Assembly (NCBI RefSeq): GCF_000143415.4
Contig: NW_003314262.1
Span: 6,013,531 to 6,077,530, forward strand
DNA from: Selaginella moellendorffii
Taxonomy: Eukaryota; Plantae; Lycopodiophyta
Length of the DNA stretch: 64,000 nt
Direction: 5' to 3'
Within the stretch, counting starts at the first letter, position 1. Each line of letters starts with the position of its first letter. Under the pieces are notes generated by a model. It ran no database searches, was not told the origin of the DNA, and was given only the letters and a program-made list of their open reading frames with translations. The position numbers and the translations under genes are program-made. Below are positions 1 to 11,940 of this stretch, piece after piece.

Positions 1-932
1 TTGTGGGGTCATCCACAAAAGCCCGCATGACGGCTTCCTTCATACACGCATATCATTACGGTGGCCATGTTCTGAGACACAGGGGTCCTACGATTGAGCG
101 AAAGCAAGCAAAGGTGTGCTGCACGAGGCTGCTGCCACTGGCTGCGGCTAAAGCATCCTTTCTTACCCGTGTTTGTACTAGCGTACTCGTCCGTTCATGC
201 AACAAAGTTGTCGACTGTACTGTAGGAGGCTCCAGCCAGCTTCTGTTCGCCAGGTGTGTGAGTGCTCTTTTGATTTCAACGCATACTAACACCGATCGCT
301 GCTTCAGTTGCTGCGGATTGGATTGGACAGCAGGCAATAGATTCCTTCCTCCAAAAGCTGCTGGCAAGGATTTGCCTCCACTGTGCGAGAGAAGAAAAAC
401 TTTAGCAAGGCTGGAAGTTTAAGCGTAGAGAACGACGGCCTGTAGCAGCGTTGGCGTTGTCGGTAACGTTCCGTGGTGGCGGTGGGGGTGTCAAGGTACA
501 TCGAAAATGAAACTCGTCGCAGGCTTTAGCGTTAACGTTTTCTGGTGACACAGGCTGAAAAAGCATTTGGATCATTCTCAGAGATTGAGAACGCGACACA
601 AGTCTTGGCAGTGAGCGTGCTTGCTATCGAAGTGTTCGTTGGAGGAGGTGAGTTTGTTTTCTATCAAAAGCATTCTTTTCTTCTGTGGTGCGATCGAAAC
701 TAACGTCGTTTCACGCGACAGGGACTGGATTTCATGCTTTCGCGTATTCATTCAAACATTTTACAAACGGTAGAGAGAAAAAAGCGGAAAAAAAATAGGT
801 ACCTAAAGCCACTTCAAAGCTGCTGCTTGGGCAAAGTCAGCTAGCTTGAGCAGCAGCAAGAAAAACCAATCGATAGAGGAAAGAAAAGGAAGAACTTTGA
901 TAAGAAAAAGAACGATTTTTCGCGAGACTGTG

Positions 933-2495
933 CTATCGAGCAGCGATGGATGGAAGAACCTTGGGTGACGAGGACAAGGTGGTGGAGTTAAACGCCTCGG
1001 CAACGTCTTGGACGCTCCACCCGGATCTCTTGAGCGAGTCGGAGAGCTCCTGGACTTTAAAAACGAGGCCTTGGATCACGGCTTGGCGGCTTTGCTTGCT
1101 GCTGGGAACGATGGCGTTGGAGGAAGAACGCGAGACTACTGGATCGTCGATGGGAGGAAGAACTATCATCTCGCAAATCTCGTCCTCCTTCCACCCCGCA
1201 ATTCGCAGCCTTCCAGCCATGTCGTCGAGATATCCATGGAGCCATCGCTGCTGCTCGCTCTGGATTGGAATGGATCGATCGACTTGCGGGCTCTTAGGTC
1301 GATCTGGAAGCGCAGATGGATTGACTTGTGGCAGAGCTGCGATCGATGGATTGACTTGTGGGCTCTTGGCTCGATCTGGTAGAGCTCCGATTGATGGAAT
1401 TGGGGAAGAAACCACCACTTGGGCGCCAAGATTCGCTGGAGCGATCGCTTTGGGCGAGCTCTGTGGCTTTGGATCGTCGAGCTGGGGCGCTTGGCCGCAG
1501 AGATCGCTCCAGAAATCGATGTGCTTGGGCTTCTTGGCGGCCCAGGCAGGGGCGGCCATGGTGAATCCAAGCAGAGATTCCAGAGCCACGCCCTTGGGAT
1601 GATTCTTGCGACGAGACACCACATCCAAGCTCCGCCGCGGCGGCTCGGCGCTGCCCCCGCCGCCATTGCTGCTCCCGGTGCTCGAGACGCTCGGGCGAGG
1701 AGAGACCTCGGCGCTGCGCGTCCCAGCCATGGATCTAGAGATCCCCTTCTTCCTCCGGAACGCGAAATCCAAGCTCCTCATCCCCCACAGCGAGGAAGAG
1801 GAGATCTTGTCCCTGTCCCCTCCATCGCTGGATCTCCCCATTTTCATGGAGCCCATCAAGCACGAGGACGAGGAGCTCGAGTCCTCCTCGTCTAGCAACC
1901 GCGAATTGGGATCTTCCTCCTGATCGCCATGGAAGACCTCGCGCTCGAAGAAATCCGCCACATCGTTCCCGACCACCGACACCTCGCCCGATTGGACGAG
2001 TAGCACTGGGTTGCCAGCGCTGCCCGAGGATGGGATGTAGCAATTACCATACACGGGCACTAGCGGCGCCACTCTCTCCAGCGCCGCCGCCGCCATGGCC
2101 GCCGCTTGCTCGCCGCCGCTGGGCCGATCGCCCCACTTGTCACACCAGAAGCGACTGCGCCGGACCTGGGCGCACAGATCCGCGAGGGGCTGCTGGATCC
2201 GGGTGCGCAGCGAAGCCGCGGGCTCGTGCCGCCAGTCCGGGAAGCTCGATCCGGCGGGGAGGCCCTCGGTGAGGATGGCGCGGAGGTCCGGCGGGAAGAG
2301 GAGGCCGAGCTGCGATTCCAGGTGGCCGAGCTCCGTCTCGGACAGCCCGGGCTCTACTCGGACACCGCAGCGGCGGAGATGGTCCATGAGAGATCGCGCG
2401 TAGGCCGCGAAGGAGAAGCAGCATTGGCGCCTGGGGGCTGCTGGGATCTGGCGCCGCCGGCTCTGCTGCTGCTGCTGCTGGCTATGGCTGCCCAT
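933..2495 (-). CDS. Plant uncharacterised protein with N-terminal Knr4/Smi1-like domain (intronless, ~520 aa)
   Basis: Long ORF; the track's start at 2561 is TTG and the first ATG is at 2495. The motif CFSFAAYA..L...GV....GLS..E....E......FPPDLRAIL..GLP.G..FPDW and the C-terminal L...GW...(E/D)(I/V) repeats are typical of this plant family. Confidence 0.8.
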   Translation of the reverse strand: MGSHSQQQQQQSRRRQIPAAPRRQCCFSFAAYARSLMDHLRRCGVRVEPGLSETELGHLESQLGLLFPPDLRAILTEGLPAGSSFPDWRHEPAASLRTRIQQPLADLCAQVRRSRFWCDKWGDRPSGGEQAAAMAAAALERVAPLVPVYGNCYIPSSGSAGNPVLLVQSGEVSVVGNDVADFFEREVFHGDQEEDPNSRLLDEEDSSSSSSCLMGSMKMGRSSDGGDRDKISSSSLWGMRSLDFAFRRKKGISRSMAGTRSAEVSPRPSVSSTGSSNGGGGSAEPPRRSLDVVSRRKNHPKGVALESLLGFTMAAPAWAAKKPKHIDFWSDLCGQAPQLDDPKPQSSPKAIAPANLGAQVVVSSPIPSIGALPDRAKSPQVNPSIAALPQVNPSALPDRPKSPQVDRSIPIQSEQQRWLHGYLDDMAGRLRIAGWKEDEICEMIVLPPIDDPVVSRSSSNAIVPSSKQSRQAVIQGLVFKVQELSDSLKRSGWSVQDVAEAFNSTTLSSSPKVLPSIAAR

Positions 2496-5199
2496 TTCGA
2501 TCGATCGGACGAGAAATCTCTCCCTTTCTTCGCTTCCCTTGCTTGTTCTTGGATCAATCAATCAATCTCTTTCACCTCTTCCTCTTCGTCGCAGCTTTAA
2601 AGGATTTAGATCCACAGGGACATTCGAGCTAGAAATCATCAAACATAAATCTCTAACCACTCCAGAATCGAGTGATTGATTCTTCGCAACTCCTTACAAG
2701 AACCAAAAATTCCTCTTTTTCTCCCTCGCTACGAGCTCGAGACTATAAAGATTTGGCGAGATTTGATGATACAGCACACCACCATGGCCAGGACCACCAC
2801 ACTGGTGAGATTCTTTCTCCTAGGCAGGCAGGCCGCTACAACGAATCTTAAATGGGAAGCCAAAGAGAGCAAGCAAAAAGAAAAAAAAAATTCTCTTGTT
2901 CTTCGAGGAGCCCTTTGACTACGTGACAACGAGAAAGAGAAGAAACCCTTTTTGCTTGCCTCTCGCTTCGCTTTCTTCCGCGAGCCTTTTATACGCGAGA
3001 ACCACTGTAGACACATTACAATAGCATTGCGATTGATAATTAGACTAGATCAGAAGAAACCATGGGAGCTATAGTTTAATCGATTCAATCAGGGAAACCC
3101 AAAAAGCAGCGGACAAGCTTCTGAGAGCCTCTGTAGTTATGCCTCGCATGACAGGGATTGATTGAGAGGGCATTGCTGTGCGGCCGTCCAGCACAAAAGA
3201 GAAGGGGCATATGTTCGTTTCAGAAGCTTGCCGTTTGGTGAGGGGATCATCCGCCTCTCTCTCAATCGCAAGAAAAAGCGAAAGAAAGGAAAAAGGTGGC
3301 GAAGTTGTTTTCGGTTGGACGATCCAAAATTGTTCGGATCCGAAAATGTTGAGTAAAATTGAAAATCTTTGGTTGACATGAGTAAAAAATCACACCAAAA
3401 CTGCATGTGCATGAGTAAAATTTCATGAACACAAGTTGAACTTCACCTTGGCTCTTCAGGTTCAACTTGCTTGTACAGCTTGAACGTACATATACTGGGC
3501 GTACTGTGTCCGCGTATGCGTAATTTGGCGGTTAGAGACTCGGTCCAGTCCAGTCCAGGCCCAGTCTCCAGGTCCTTGCCAGTCAAAACGAAACAGAGGG
3601 CCGCGATTTGATTGCCAGCCGCCGACGGACGGTGGGATGGGCGTTTTAATTGCTGTGTTTCTGGTAAGATATATGGCAGGAAAATAAATGCCCTTTCGGA
3701 GGTCAGATACCAAGTTTCGAGGGAGAGTTACGCATGGATACCTCTAGAGAGGTTATGGATTTTCGTGCGCTAGCATTGAGTCCCACAATGATTGCCTTTG
3801 CATGGACCGCGGCTCTTGGCTCAGACTCCATCCAACCCACAAAGTTCCCAGCATTTGTAACCAATATCAAATGTTCTTTTAGTAATTTGTTTCAACTTCT
3901 CCTTCTTTTACTTTGCCTTGAAGCACGATGAATCAGAGAGTTTGATAGTTGCGTTGCGTGTCATCCCCCAATTCCATAATTTAGGACCTTTTGGGGAGGA
4001 GGATACATAGCTATCCAAATGTATGCGATCTATAAATCTTCTCCACTTCAGAGTCACGAGGGTGACATATGACGGTGGCAGGCAGGCATCCCCAAAACTT
4101 TTTCAAGAGATTTTTTTCTTTCGAAGCTCATGAATATTGCAAATCAGACACTGGCATGTGGTCAACCATACCTTGCCATGTGAAGTCAAAGTTTCGTTCT
4201 TCGTTTTTTCTTGCTTGGAATTTTTTGTTTTTCCTTCCAATCCATGAAGCCAGGAAAACGAGTATTAATTTCCAGGATGGATCAAGCTAGAGCAAAACAA
4301 GTGGCGCATTGAAAGTCGCAGTCTCCAATCCAGAGAGAACCATCGCTGCAATCACTCCAAAGTTTTGTTCTGGAAGCCGTCTCAGACCAAGCGAGCAAGA
4401 CTCTATGGACAATCTTTCGCAGTTGTCTATCAACTTCCTGGGAAGAAAATAATGGCTTGGCCAAGAAAACAACACCGAAACTCGTGTCGTGTAACGTAAG
4501 AAGCACGGAGAGGAAAATTAAGCAAAAGGCTGAGTCACTTTCGTGGTCCCAAGTTCCAAATAATCTTCTTGGATTTACACTACTTTGCAGAACTAATGTG
4601 AACAAGTTCCAAGTTGAGAGTATTTGATTCTAAAACTATCTATTTATTTATATATATATGCTATTTTGAACTTGAAGCATGAGACCTATGAAGTTGGATT
4701 ATCATTGCCGAGAAAAAAAGAAATATATTGACCGAAAAAGAAAAAACTTACCTAGAAACGAAAAATCAAGGAACAAGCACCACGTCTGTGTCTGCTGTGG
4801 TGGGATATTTTTCTCTGGCAGCAGTCATTGGTAGCAGCAGTTGGAATGGCTCCACTCCAAATTATCTTCAAAGTTCCTTTGGATTTTTGTTGTCCTCGGT
4901 TTCGTTGGATGATAACACAAACTCTTGAACATGGAACTGAGTTTAGTTCTGAAAGTAGCTAATATATCCTCCAAGCAGTCTTATGCCTCCAGATGGTAAT
5001 CCAGAGATCCAAACAGATCTCATGAGCTGTATTCGATTGAATCATGAGGAAAGAGAGAAGAATAAGGAGAAAGAAAGAAGAAGAGAAAGACCTTCCACCT
5101 TGTCCAGTACCTTGAGGTAGATCCCTTTATGCCAACAGAGATGCCCCAAAAACATGCATTATATTTGGCTACGTTATGTTTATTGATAGGATGACTAAC

Positions 5200-5760
5200 A
5201 CCTTTGAATCATCAGCAAGTTCAAGGATGCAGTCATCATTTTCCTTCAGCAATTTTCCATACCCCTTCAAGAAATTATCTCCATGGTCAGTGTGCTGGTA
5301 CTTGGACACATTTCCACGTTGAGTCAGCACGATGTAGTAACTTCCATCGATCTCAAATTTGGGAGTGTCTGAGACGACGAGATTGCCATTGTCTTTGCGG
5401 CCAAGTAGTAATCCTTGTTGGGAGATCTTATGCAAGTGTCCGAGTACATTTTGAAGTATTCTTCGAGACGATCAATGATGTGGAAGCTGCAAGTTAAGAC
5501 AAAAGAAAGTTGAGAGACTCGAAAACATCAAATTGGAATTCTAAAGCTAGAAACTGACATATGAATATCTTGCATGAAGTCGTTCTGAAGCTTAACCCAT
5601 GCATTGGCCCTGTGATCAACAACTAGTTTGTAGTTGGAATCTTGGGGCAAAGGTTTTCCTGGCTCTTGAACGCTCTCTCACACTGCAATATCCTCTTATA
5701 GAACAGCAGATTTTTAAAGAGGGGAAAGACATCTATGCCGGACAATCATAGTGACCAGTT
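5200..5760 (-). pseudogene. Divergent bulb-type (B/GNA) lectin-like gene, copy A, frameshifted
   Basis: Encodes KMYSDTCIRSPNKDYYLA / KDNGNLVVS..YYIVLTQRGNV..ILELADDSK. A 4-nt deletion near 5398 relative to copy B shifts the frame. GT-AG intron at ~5487-5558. Confidence 0.55.
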
Positions 5761-6023
5761 TGGTGGTGGCATTTACGAAATGAACGGTGGTCCAGCTCAA
5801 AGCTGGCAGATTCAGGAATTTGCTTAAATCCACGTGCAAGAACACTCGATTTCCTTGCAGAGCCCCATGAACTTGCAGAGATATCATGCAAGCAGTTCTC
5901 TTGACCCCAAAAACGTAGGCTTCTATCCAACAAAATCATTATTCTTAGTATATAAACAAGATCAAAGAAGTGCCCATCCCAGCCCAGATCAATATCAGCA
6001 AATCTCATTCCGCATTTCCTCAG

Positions 6024-6429
6024 ATGGTGAGGATCCAGGAGCAGAAGTGCTCCCGGGGAAAGAAATCTACTGTGCGAAGGCAGCACAGGGTGGTCAAAAA
6101 AACATTAGCAAGGTGTTGTAACTTGTACGAGCTGTCCGAAGGCTACAAAATGTACTCTAATGTTTGCATCGGCTCCGACTCAGAGGTCTACTACATGGTG
6201 CTTGCCAAAGATGGTGGCAAAACCCAAATCCAGGGAACTCCAACGGGCGAAGGGGACGTACTACCTTACGTTGAATTCGCGAGGCCAGCTTGTGAGGACC
6301 AACGAGAGTGATGGGAACTCTCAGACCAAGGGCGAGAGCGATGACTATGTTCTTACTGTTTACGCCGACGGGACTGCTTGGATCGGTGATGGAACCAACA
6401 AGCAGAAGATTGATCTTCCATGGGTTTAA
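6024..6429 (+). pseudogene. Divergent bulb-lectin-like gene, plus-strand paralogue, copy A, frameshifted
   Basis: KMYSNVCIGSDSEVYYMVLAKDG, then a frameshift near 6250 (GAAGGGG vs GAGCCCAAGGGG in copy B), then GTYYLTLNSRGQLV..DDYVLTVYADGTAWIG..IDLPWV*. Confidence 0.55.
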
Positions 6430-6561
6430 ACACTTATGGCCTTGGTTTTATGCTATGATGCTGGTTGCTTTCTGCCTGGAAGCAGGCATATCCATAAAAA
6501 ATTCAGTGTTTTATGCGCTTGAGATCTTCATAAGATGTAATCGGTGGTCCAGTTTTTCTCC

Positions 6562-6975
6562 TTAGCTGAGATGTATAATTTTTTGTTCTTGTTTTCGTAG
6601 GTGATTTCTTGTAAATGTGGACATTTGATCGTCATAGGCGTCAATGTAAGGATTTCCACTTTCTCGACTGATCCGAGAGGCTGCTGGACCTGCGCCCAGC
6701 GATGTCACAGGCCCCGGGAAGCTCAATCCGGCGGGGAGCCCCTCGGTGAGGATGGCGCGGAGGTCCGGCGGGAAGAGGAGGCCGAGCTGCGATTCAAGGT
6801 GGCCGGGCTCCATCTCGGACAGCCCGGGCTCTACTCGGACACCGCAGCGGCGGAGATGGTCCATGAGAGATCGCGCGTAGGCCGCGAAGGAGAAGCAGCA
6901 TTGGCGCCTGGGGGCTGCTGGGATCTGGCGCCGCCGGCTCTGCTGCTGCTGCTGCTGCTGGGTATGGCTGGCCAT
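6562..6975 (-). pseudogene. 5'-only duplicate of the Knr4/Smi1-like gene
   Basis: Near-identical to the 5' part of 933-2495 down to ~6714, then runs into unrelated spacer sequence. Confidence 0.9.
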
Positions 6976-8487
6976 TTCGATCGATCGGACGAGAAATCTC
7001 TCGCTTTCTTCGCTTCCCTTGCTTGTTCTTGGATCAACCAATCAATCTCTTTCACCTCTTCCTCTTCGTCGCAGCTTTAAAGGATTTAGATCCACAGGGA
7101 CATTCGAGCTAGAAATCATCAAACATAAATCTCTGACCACTCCAGAATCGAGTGATTGATTGACCGACCACCTTCGCAACTCCTTACAAGAACCAAAAAT
7201 TCCTCTTTTTCTCCCTCGCTACGAGCTCGAGACTATAAAGATTTGGCGAGATTTGATGATACAGCACACCACCATGGCCAGGACCACCACACTGGTGAGA
7301 TTCTTTCTCCTAGGCAGGCAGGCCGCTACAACGAATCTTAAATGGCACCAAATGGAAGCCAAAGAATGGCACCAAATGGAAGCAAAAAGAAAAAAAATAT
7401 TCTCTTGTTCTTCGAGGAGCCTTTTGACTACGTGACAACGAGAAAGAGAAGAAACCTTTTTTCCTTGCCTCTCTCTTCGCTTTCTTCCGCGAGCCTTTTA
7501 TACGCGAGAACCACTGTAGCGATTGATAATTAGACTAGATCAGAAGAAACCATGGGAGCTATAGTTTAATCGATTCAATCAGGGAAACCCAAAAAGCAGC
7601 GGACAGGCTTCTGAGAGCCTCTGTAGTTATGCCTCCCATGACAGGGATTGATTGAGAGGGCATTGCTGTGCGGCCGTCCAGCACAAAAGAGAAGGGGCAT
7701 ATGTTCGTCTCAGAAGCTTGCCGTTTGGTGAGGGGATCATCCGCCTGTCTCTCAATCACAAGAAAATGCGAAAGAAAGGAAAAAGGTGACGAAGTTGTTT
7801 TCGGTTGGACGATCCAAAATTGTTCGGATCTGAAAATGTTTGAGTAAAATTGAAAAGCTTTGGTTGACATGAGTAAAAAATCACGCATGTGAATGAGCAA
7901 AATTTCATTAACACAAGTTGAACTTCACTTTGGCTCTTCAGGTTCAACTTGCTTGAACGTACATATACGGTGTCCGCGTATGCGTAATTTGGCGGTTAGA
8001 GACTCGGTCCAGCCATTCTCACCAAGAAGAAGAAGGTCCTTGGCAGTCAAAATGACCGTGATTTGATTGCCTGCTGCCGACGGACGGTCGGATGGGCGTT
8101 TGAATTGCTGTGTTTCTGGTAAGATATATGGCAGGAAAATAAATGCCCGCTCGGAGGTCAGATACCAAGTCTCGAGGGAGAGAAAGGTTATGGATTTTCG
8201 TACCCTAGCATTCAATCCCACAATGATTGACTTTGCGTGGACTGCTGCTCGCTGCTCGTGGCTCGAATCGATCCATCCAGACTCCAGTTTGTTATCGTTT
8301 CTTTGAAACTTTGTGGATCGATACATTGTTCCCAGCATTTGTAACCAAATGTGCTTTGTAATTTGTTTCAACTTCTCCTTCGTTTACTTTTCCTTGAAGT
8401 CTGATGAATCAGAGAGTCTGATAGTTGCGTTGCGTGTCATCCCCAATTCCATAATTTAGGACCTTTTGGGGAGGAGGATACATAGCT

Positions 8488-8980
8488 CCCCTTCAAGAAA
8501 TTATTCCATGATCAGTGTGCTGGTACTTGGACACATTTCTGTAGTAACTTCCATCGATCTCAAATTTGGGAGTGTCTGAGACGACGAGGTTGCCGTCGTC
8601 TTTACAGATGGCCAAGTAGTAATCCTTGTTGGGAGATCTTATGCAAGTGTCCGAGTACATTTTGAAGCATTCTTCGAGATGATCAAAGACTTTGAAGCTG
8701 AAGTCATTCTGAAGCTTAACCCATGCATTGGCCCTGTGATCAAGAACTAGTTTGTAGTTGGAAACTTGGCAGAGCGAATGCACTGATCGGGGAACATTTT
8801 CTCATTCACTCTCAGCTCAAACATTATCTTGAAAGCTCTCTCACACTGCAATATCCTCTTATAGAACACCAGGTTTTTATAGAGGGGAAAGGAATCCATG
8901 CCGGACAATCTCGACGCAGGTTTGTAATAGTGACCAGTTTGGTGGTGGGCATTTACGAAATGAACGGTGGTCGAGTTCAA
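8488..8980 (-). pseudogene. Bulb-lectin-like gene, copy B (internal deletions, 3' truncated)
   Basis: Encodes FELRVNEKMFPDQCIRS and FDHLEECFKMYSDTCIRSPNKDYYLAICKDDGNLVVS; colinear with 5262-5790. Confidence 0.55.
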
Positions 8981-9110
8981 AGCTGGCAGATCAGGAAATC
9001 CAAGTGCAAGAACACTCGATTTCCTTGCATGAACTTGCAGAGGTAAAGCCTCACTCTACCTTAGCCCAGATCAATATCAGTAAATCTCATTCCGCATTTC
9101 TGCACTTGTA

Positions 9111-9486
9111 ATGGCTCAGATAGTGAGGATCCAGGAGCTCAAGGAGCTCCCTGGGAAACAAATCTACTGTGCAAAGGCAGCGGCACAGGGCAATAACAAG
9201 GTGCTGTTGCTCGAAGGCTACAAAATGTGGAGGTCTGGTGCTTGCCAAAGATGGTCGCAAATCCCAAATCCAGGGAACTCCAACGGGCGAGCCCAAGGGG
9301 ACGTACTATCTTATGGTGAATCCGCGAGGTCAGCTTGTGAGGACCAACGAGAGTGATCAGAAATCTCAGACCAAGGGCGCGCGCCTGGCTCAGAGAGATG
9401 ACTATGTTCTTACTGTCTACGCCGACGGGACTGCTTGGATCATTGATGGAACCAACAAGCAGAAGATTGATCTTCCATGGGTTTAA
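9111..9486 (+). pseudogene. Plus-strand bulb-lectin-like gene, copy B (deletion in the KMYSN region)
   Basis: Colinear with 6024-6429; encodes GTYYLMVNPRGQLV..DDYVLTVYADGTAWI..IDLPWV*. Confidence 0.55.
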
Positions 9487-9690
9487 ACAGTTATGGTCTT
9501 GCCTTTATGCTATGATGCTGGTTGCTTTCTGCCTGGAAGCAGGCAGATCCATAGTAACTAAATAAGAAATCCAGTGTTTTATCATGTTCAAGCACCTTTG
9601 CCACCATTGTCCAACGTTTAAGTGGATTTCTTGGTCGTTATGATAATGAATATAGATGACTACATCCTTGTTGCCATAGCTTGGAAGACA

Positions 9691-9954
9691 GATAAGAATC
9701 TCATCCACACCGATTCCACGTTGCTAAAGAGATCCAATGCGCAAACGTAGTGATCCAGCACAGATTCCACCCAGAAATCTCCGCTCGTCGATGTAAAACA
9801 CTTCCAAGCATCGTGGAGGCTCCCATTTGTCAAACAGGAAATTGACAATCCTGGCGATCGACCGCTCGATCCCGATGCCTGTGCTGGGCATATGCGACCA
9901 CCATAGCTGTCCATGCTTGTAATGACGAGCTCGATCAAAGGCTATGCTTGCGCT
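9691..9954 (-). pseudogene. Inverted fragment of the 3' part of the PPR gene at 15250-16494
   Basis: LHDAWKCF.S.SGDFWVESVLDHYVC.LDL...VESVWM matches 16087-16470 at DNA level. Confidence 0.9.
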
Positions 9955-10030
9955 ATATAACCAATGCCCATGACAACGACGGCGACCTCTCAGCCGAAAA
10001 TGTATAGCAACTGCCAGATTCGCGGTCCCC

Positions 10031-10206
10031 GTCTTCGCGCGCCTCAAACAGAAACGCTTTCTCGTGGAATCTGGCGATCCCGGCGTCTGGCGGCGTGTTG
10101 TTGTGGCGGTCTCGCCATGGGGCTTTACCGATCGGTGCTCCTCGGGGGCCAATTGCCGGACAATGTCACGTTCGTCAATCTTCTAGCCGGGGGCCGTAGA
10201 TCGCTG
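10031..10206 (+). pseudogene. Fragment of the 5' part of the PPR gene at 15250-16494
   Basis: MGLYRSVLLGGQLPDNVTFVNLLAG matches ~15499-15666. Confidence 0.9.
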
Positions 10207-11205
10207 GATCGATCCACGAGCACAGATCGACTGGCGAGGAAAGACACTAAGTCAACTCCCTCCGCCAAGAAGTTCGAAGATCGCAAGAGGATCTTCAAAC
10301 GCGAGCGCGAAGGTTCGTATTACCTCATGGTGAATGCGCGAGGCCTGCTTCGAGCATAAAACAACATTGATGGTTAAGCCCATAGGACATAGGCAACACT
10401 CTCAGATGTCTTATCGCTCTCCATAGTAACTAAATGAAAAATCCAGTGTTTTATGCGCTCTAGATCTGTATTCGAGCTTGGAAAACCAATGTGGTCCAAT
10501 TTTTCTCCTTCGCTGATTTCGTCATTTGGCAACGCGAGGATGGATCTCCTTTTCTTTTTTCTTTTCTTCTATCCTTGGATTCCTGCACAAGCGTTTTAAT
10601 CTTGTTTCTGTAGGTGATAAGAGATAAACTATGTGTTCTTGTAATGTGGACACAAATCGTTTTGATCGTCATTTTCTTCCAGGCTTCAATGTAAGAATTT
10701 GCATTTCCTCAACGTTTTTGCACAGACTGTTCGCTCCTTGAACTTGAGAAAAAAAAAGGGCGAAAAAATTGTTCCATGTACATTGTAAAACTTCAATGCC
10801 AAACCAAACAAACACCACAGTTGAAAGCTTTGACAGGATATTGGTACCGCGAGACTCTTTGTTGTCCAGGTAGAGTAGAGATCCTATTTGCATTTGCATT
10901 TATCTCCCCGGCCATTAGTTTTTTTCTTTCTGTGTGTGTCAACTTATCTTAGTTGATCGATTTGTGGTTGGGCCGTAGATGCTCCGCAAGCTCCACAGGG
11001 CCACAAGTGACAAGTACACCGATGGGGAGGAAAAAAACAACAAGAAAAAAGAAAAATCGTAAATCTTCTTCCCTGGCAATGGTGGAAGGTCCGTGACTGG
11101 TGAGACATAGCTCCTTTCGGTGAGTAGTTTCCACCCCAGAGAGGCAAGACAAGTTTTCGGGCGGGCGATTCATATCCTTGATAGGGCCATGAACCGTCAA
11201 GAAGC

Positions 11206-11709
11206 GCTTGGGCTTCTTGGCGGCCCAGGCAGGGGCGGCCATGGTGAATCCAAGGATGATTCTTGCGACGAGACACCACTCCAAGCTCCGCCGCTCCCGG
11301 TGCTCGAGGCCTCGGCGCTGCGAGATTCCTAGCTCCTGACTGGGAGGGAGAAGTCGGCTCCTGATCGCTGGATCTCGGACGAGGAGCTCCGAGTCCTCTT
11401 CGTGTCGCGAATATCGGGACAGCGAATTGCACTCATCTTCTCTTCCACTGTCAAAGACTACATTGCTCATGACTCACTGCAAACAGCGAAAGGCACTCGA
11501 CGCACGTGTTCAATAGCGACCAAGCTTTGGTGGTGGGCATTTTCGAAAGAAATGGTGGTGCTGGCAGAGATTCAGGAATCACCTCAAATCCAAAAGCAAG
11601 AACACTGAGTTCCTTTTCCTTGCACAGACCTGATTGTAATGATAATACAAAGGCTTGCACCTTCTTTGGGGCGCGCCTACGTCTGTTGTCTTTTCTATCG
11701 AAACCTGCT

Positions 11710-11746
<37 letters not shown>

Positions 11747-11940
11747 TGCTGCGTTGTGGCGGTCAGCAGAATCATTCTTCTTGGTATAAAAGCTCAAACG
11801 AGATCAAAAAAGTAAATCTCATTCTGCCGAGTCGAAACAATTGTGCAATTGATTTTCCATGGGCTTAATAGTTTTATGTTATGATGCTGGTTGCTTTCTG
11901 CCTGGAAGTAGGCAGATCCATAGTATCTAAATAAAAAATG
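11206..11940. pseudogene. Third, heavily deleted copy of the Smi1-like/lectin-like cassette
   Basis: 11206-11402 matches 1522-1890 (GFTMAAPAWAAKKPK); 11550-11615 resembles 5760-5855; IDFPWA* and the following 3' sequence resemble 6410-6500. Confidence 0.8.
11715..11744. repeat. (AG)15 microsatellite
   Basis: Read directly from the sequence. Confidence 0.95.

Larger units (their letters stand above)
2237..9590. repeat. Direct tandem duplication: unit A ~2237-6700, unit B ~6714-9590
   Basis: Closely matching sequence by eye: 2237-4012 with 6714-8487, and 5262-6510 with 8488-9590. Unit B lacks ~4013-5261. Confidence 0.95.

Noticed and set aside
1-843. ORF 3-422 and plus-strand splice-like signals (GAG|GTGAG near 648, CAG near 721)
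   Set aside because: Probably the 3' end of a spliced gene, but no consistent frame or family could be recognised.
946-2600. Many overlapping ORFs antisense or out of frame to the Smi1-like gene (likewise at the SPL, PPR and pol loci)
   Set aside because: Shadow ORFs expected in GC-rich coding DNA; no motifs.
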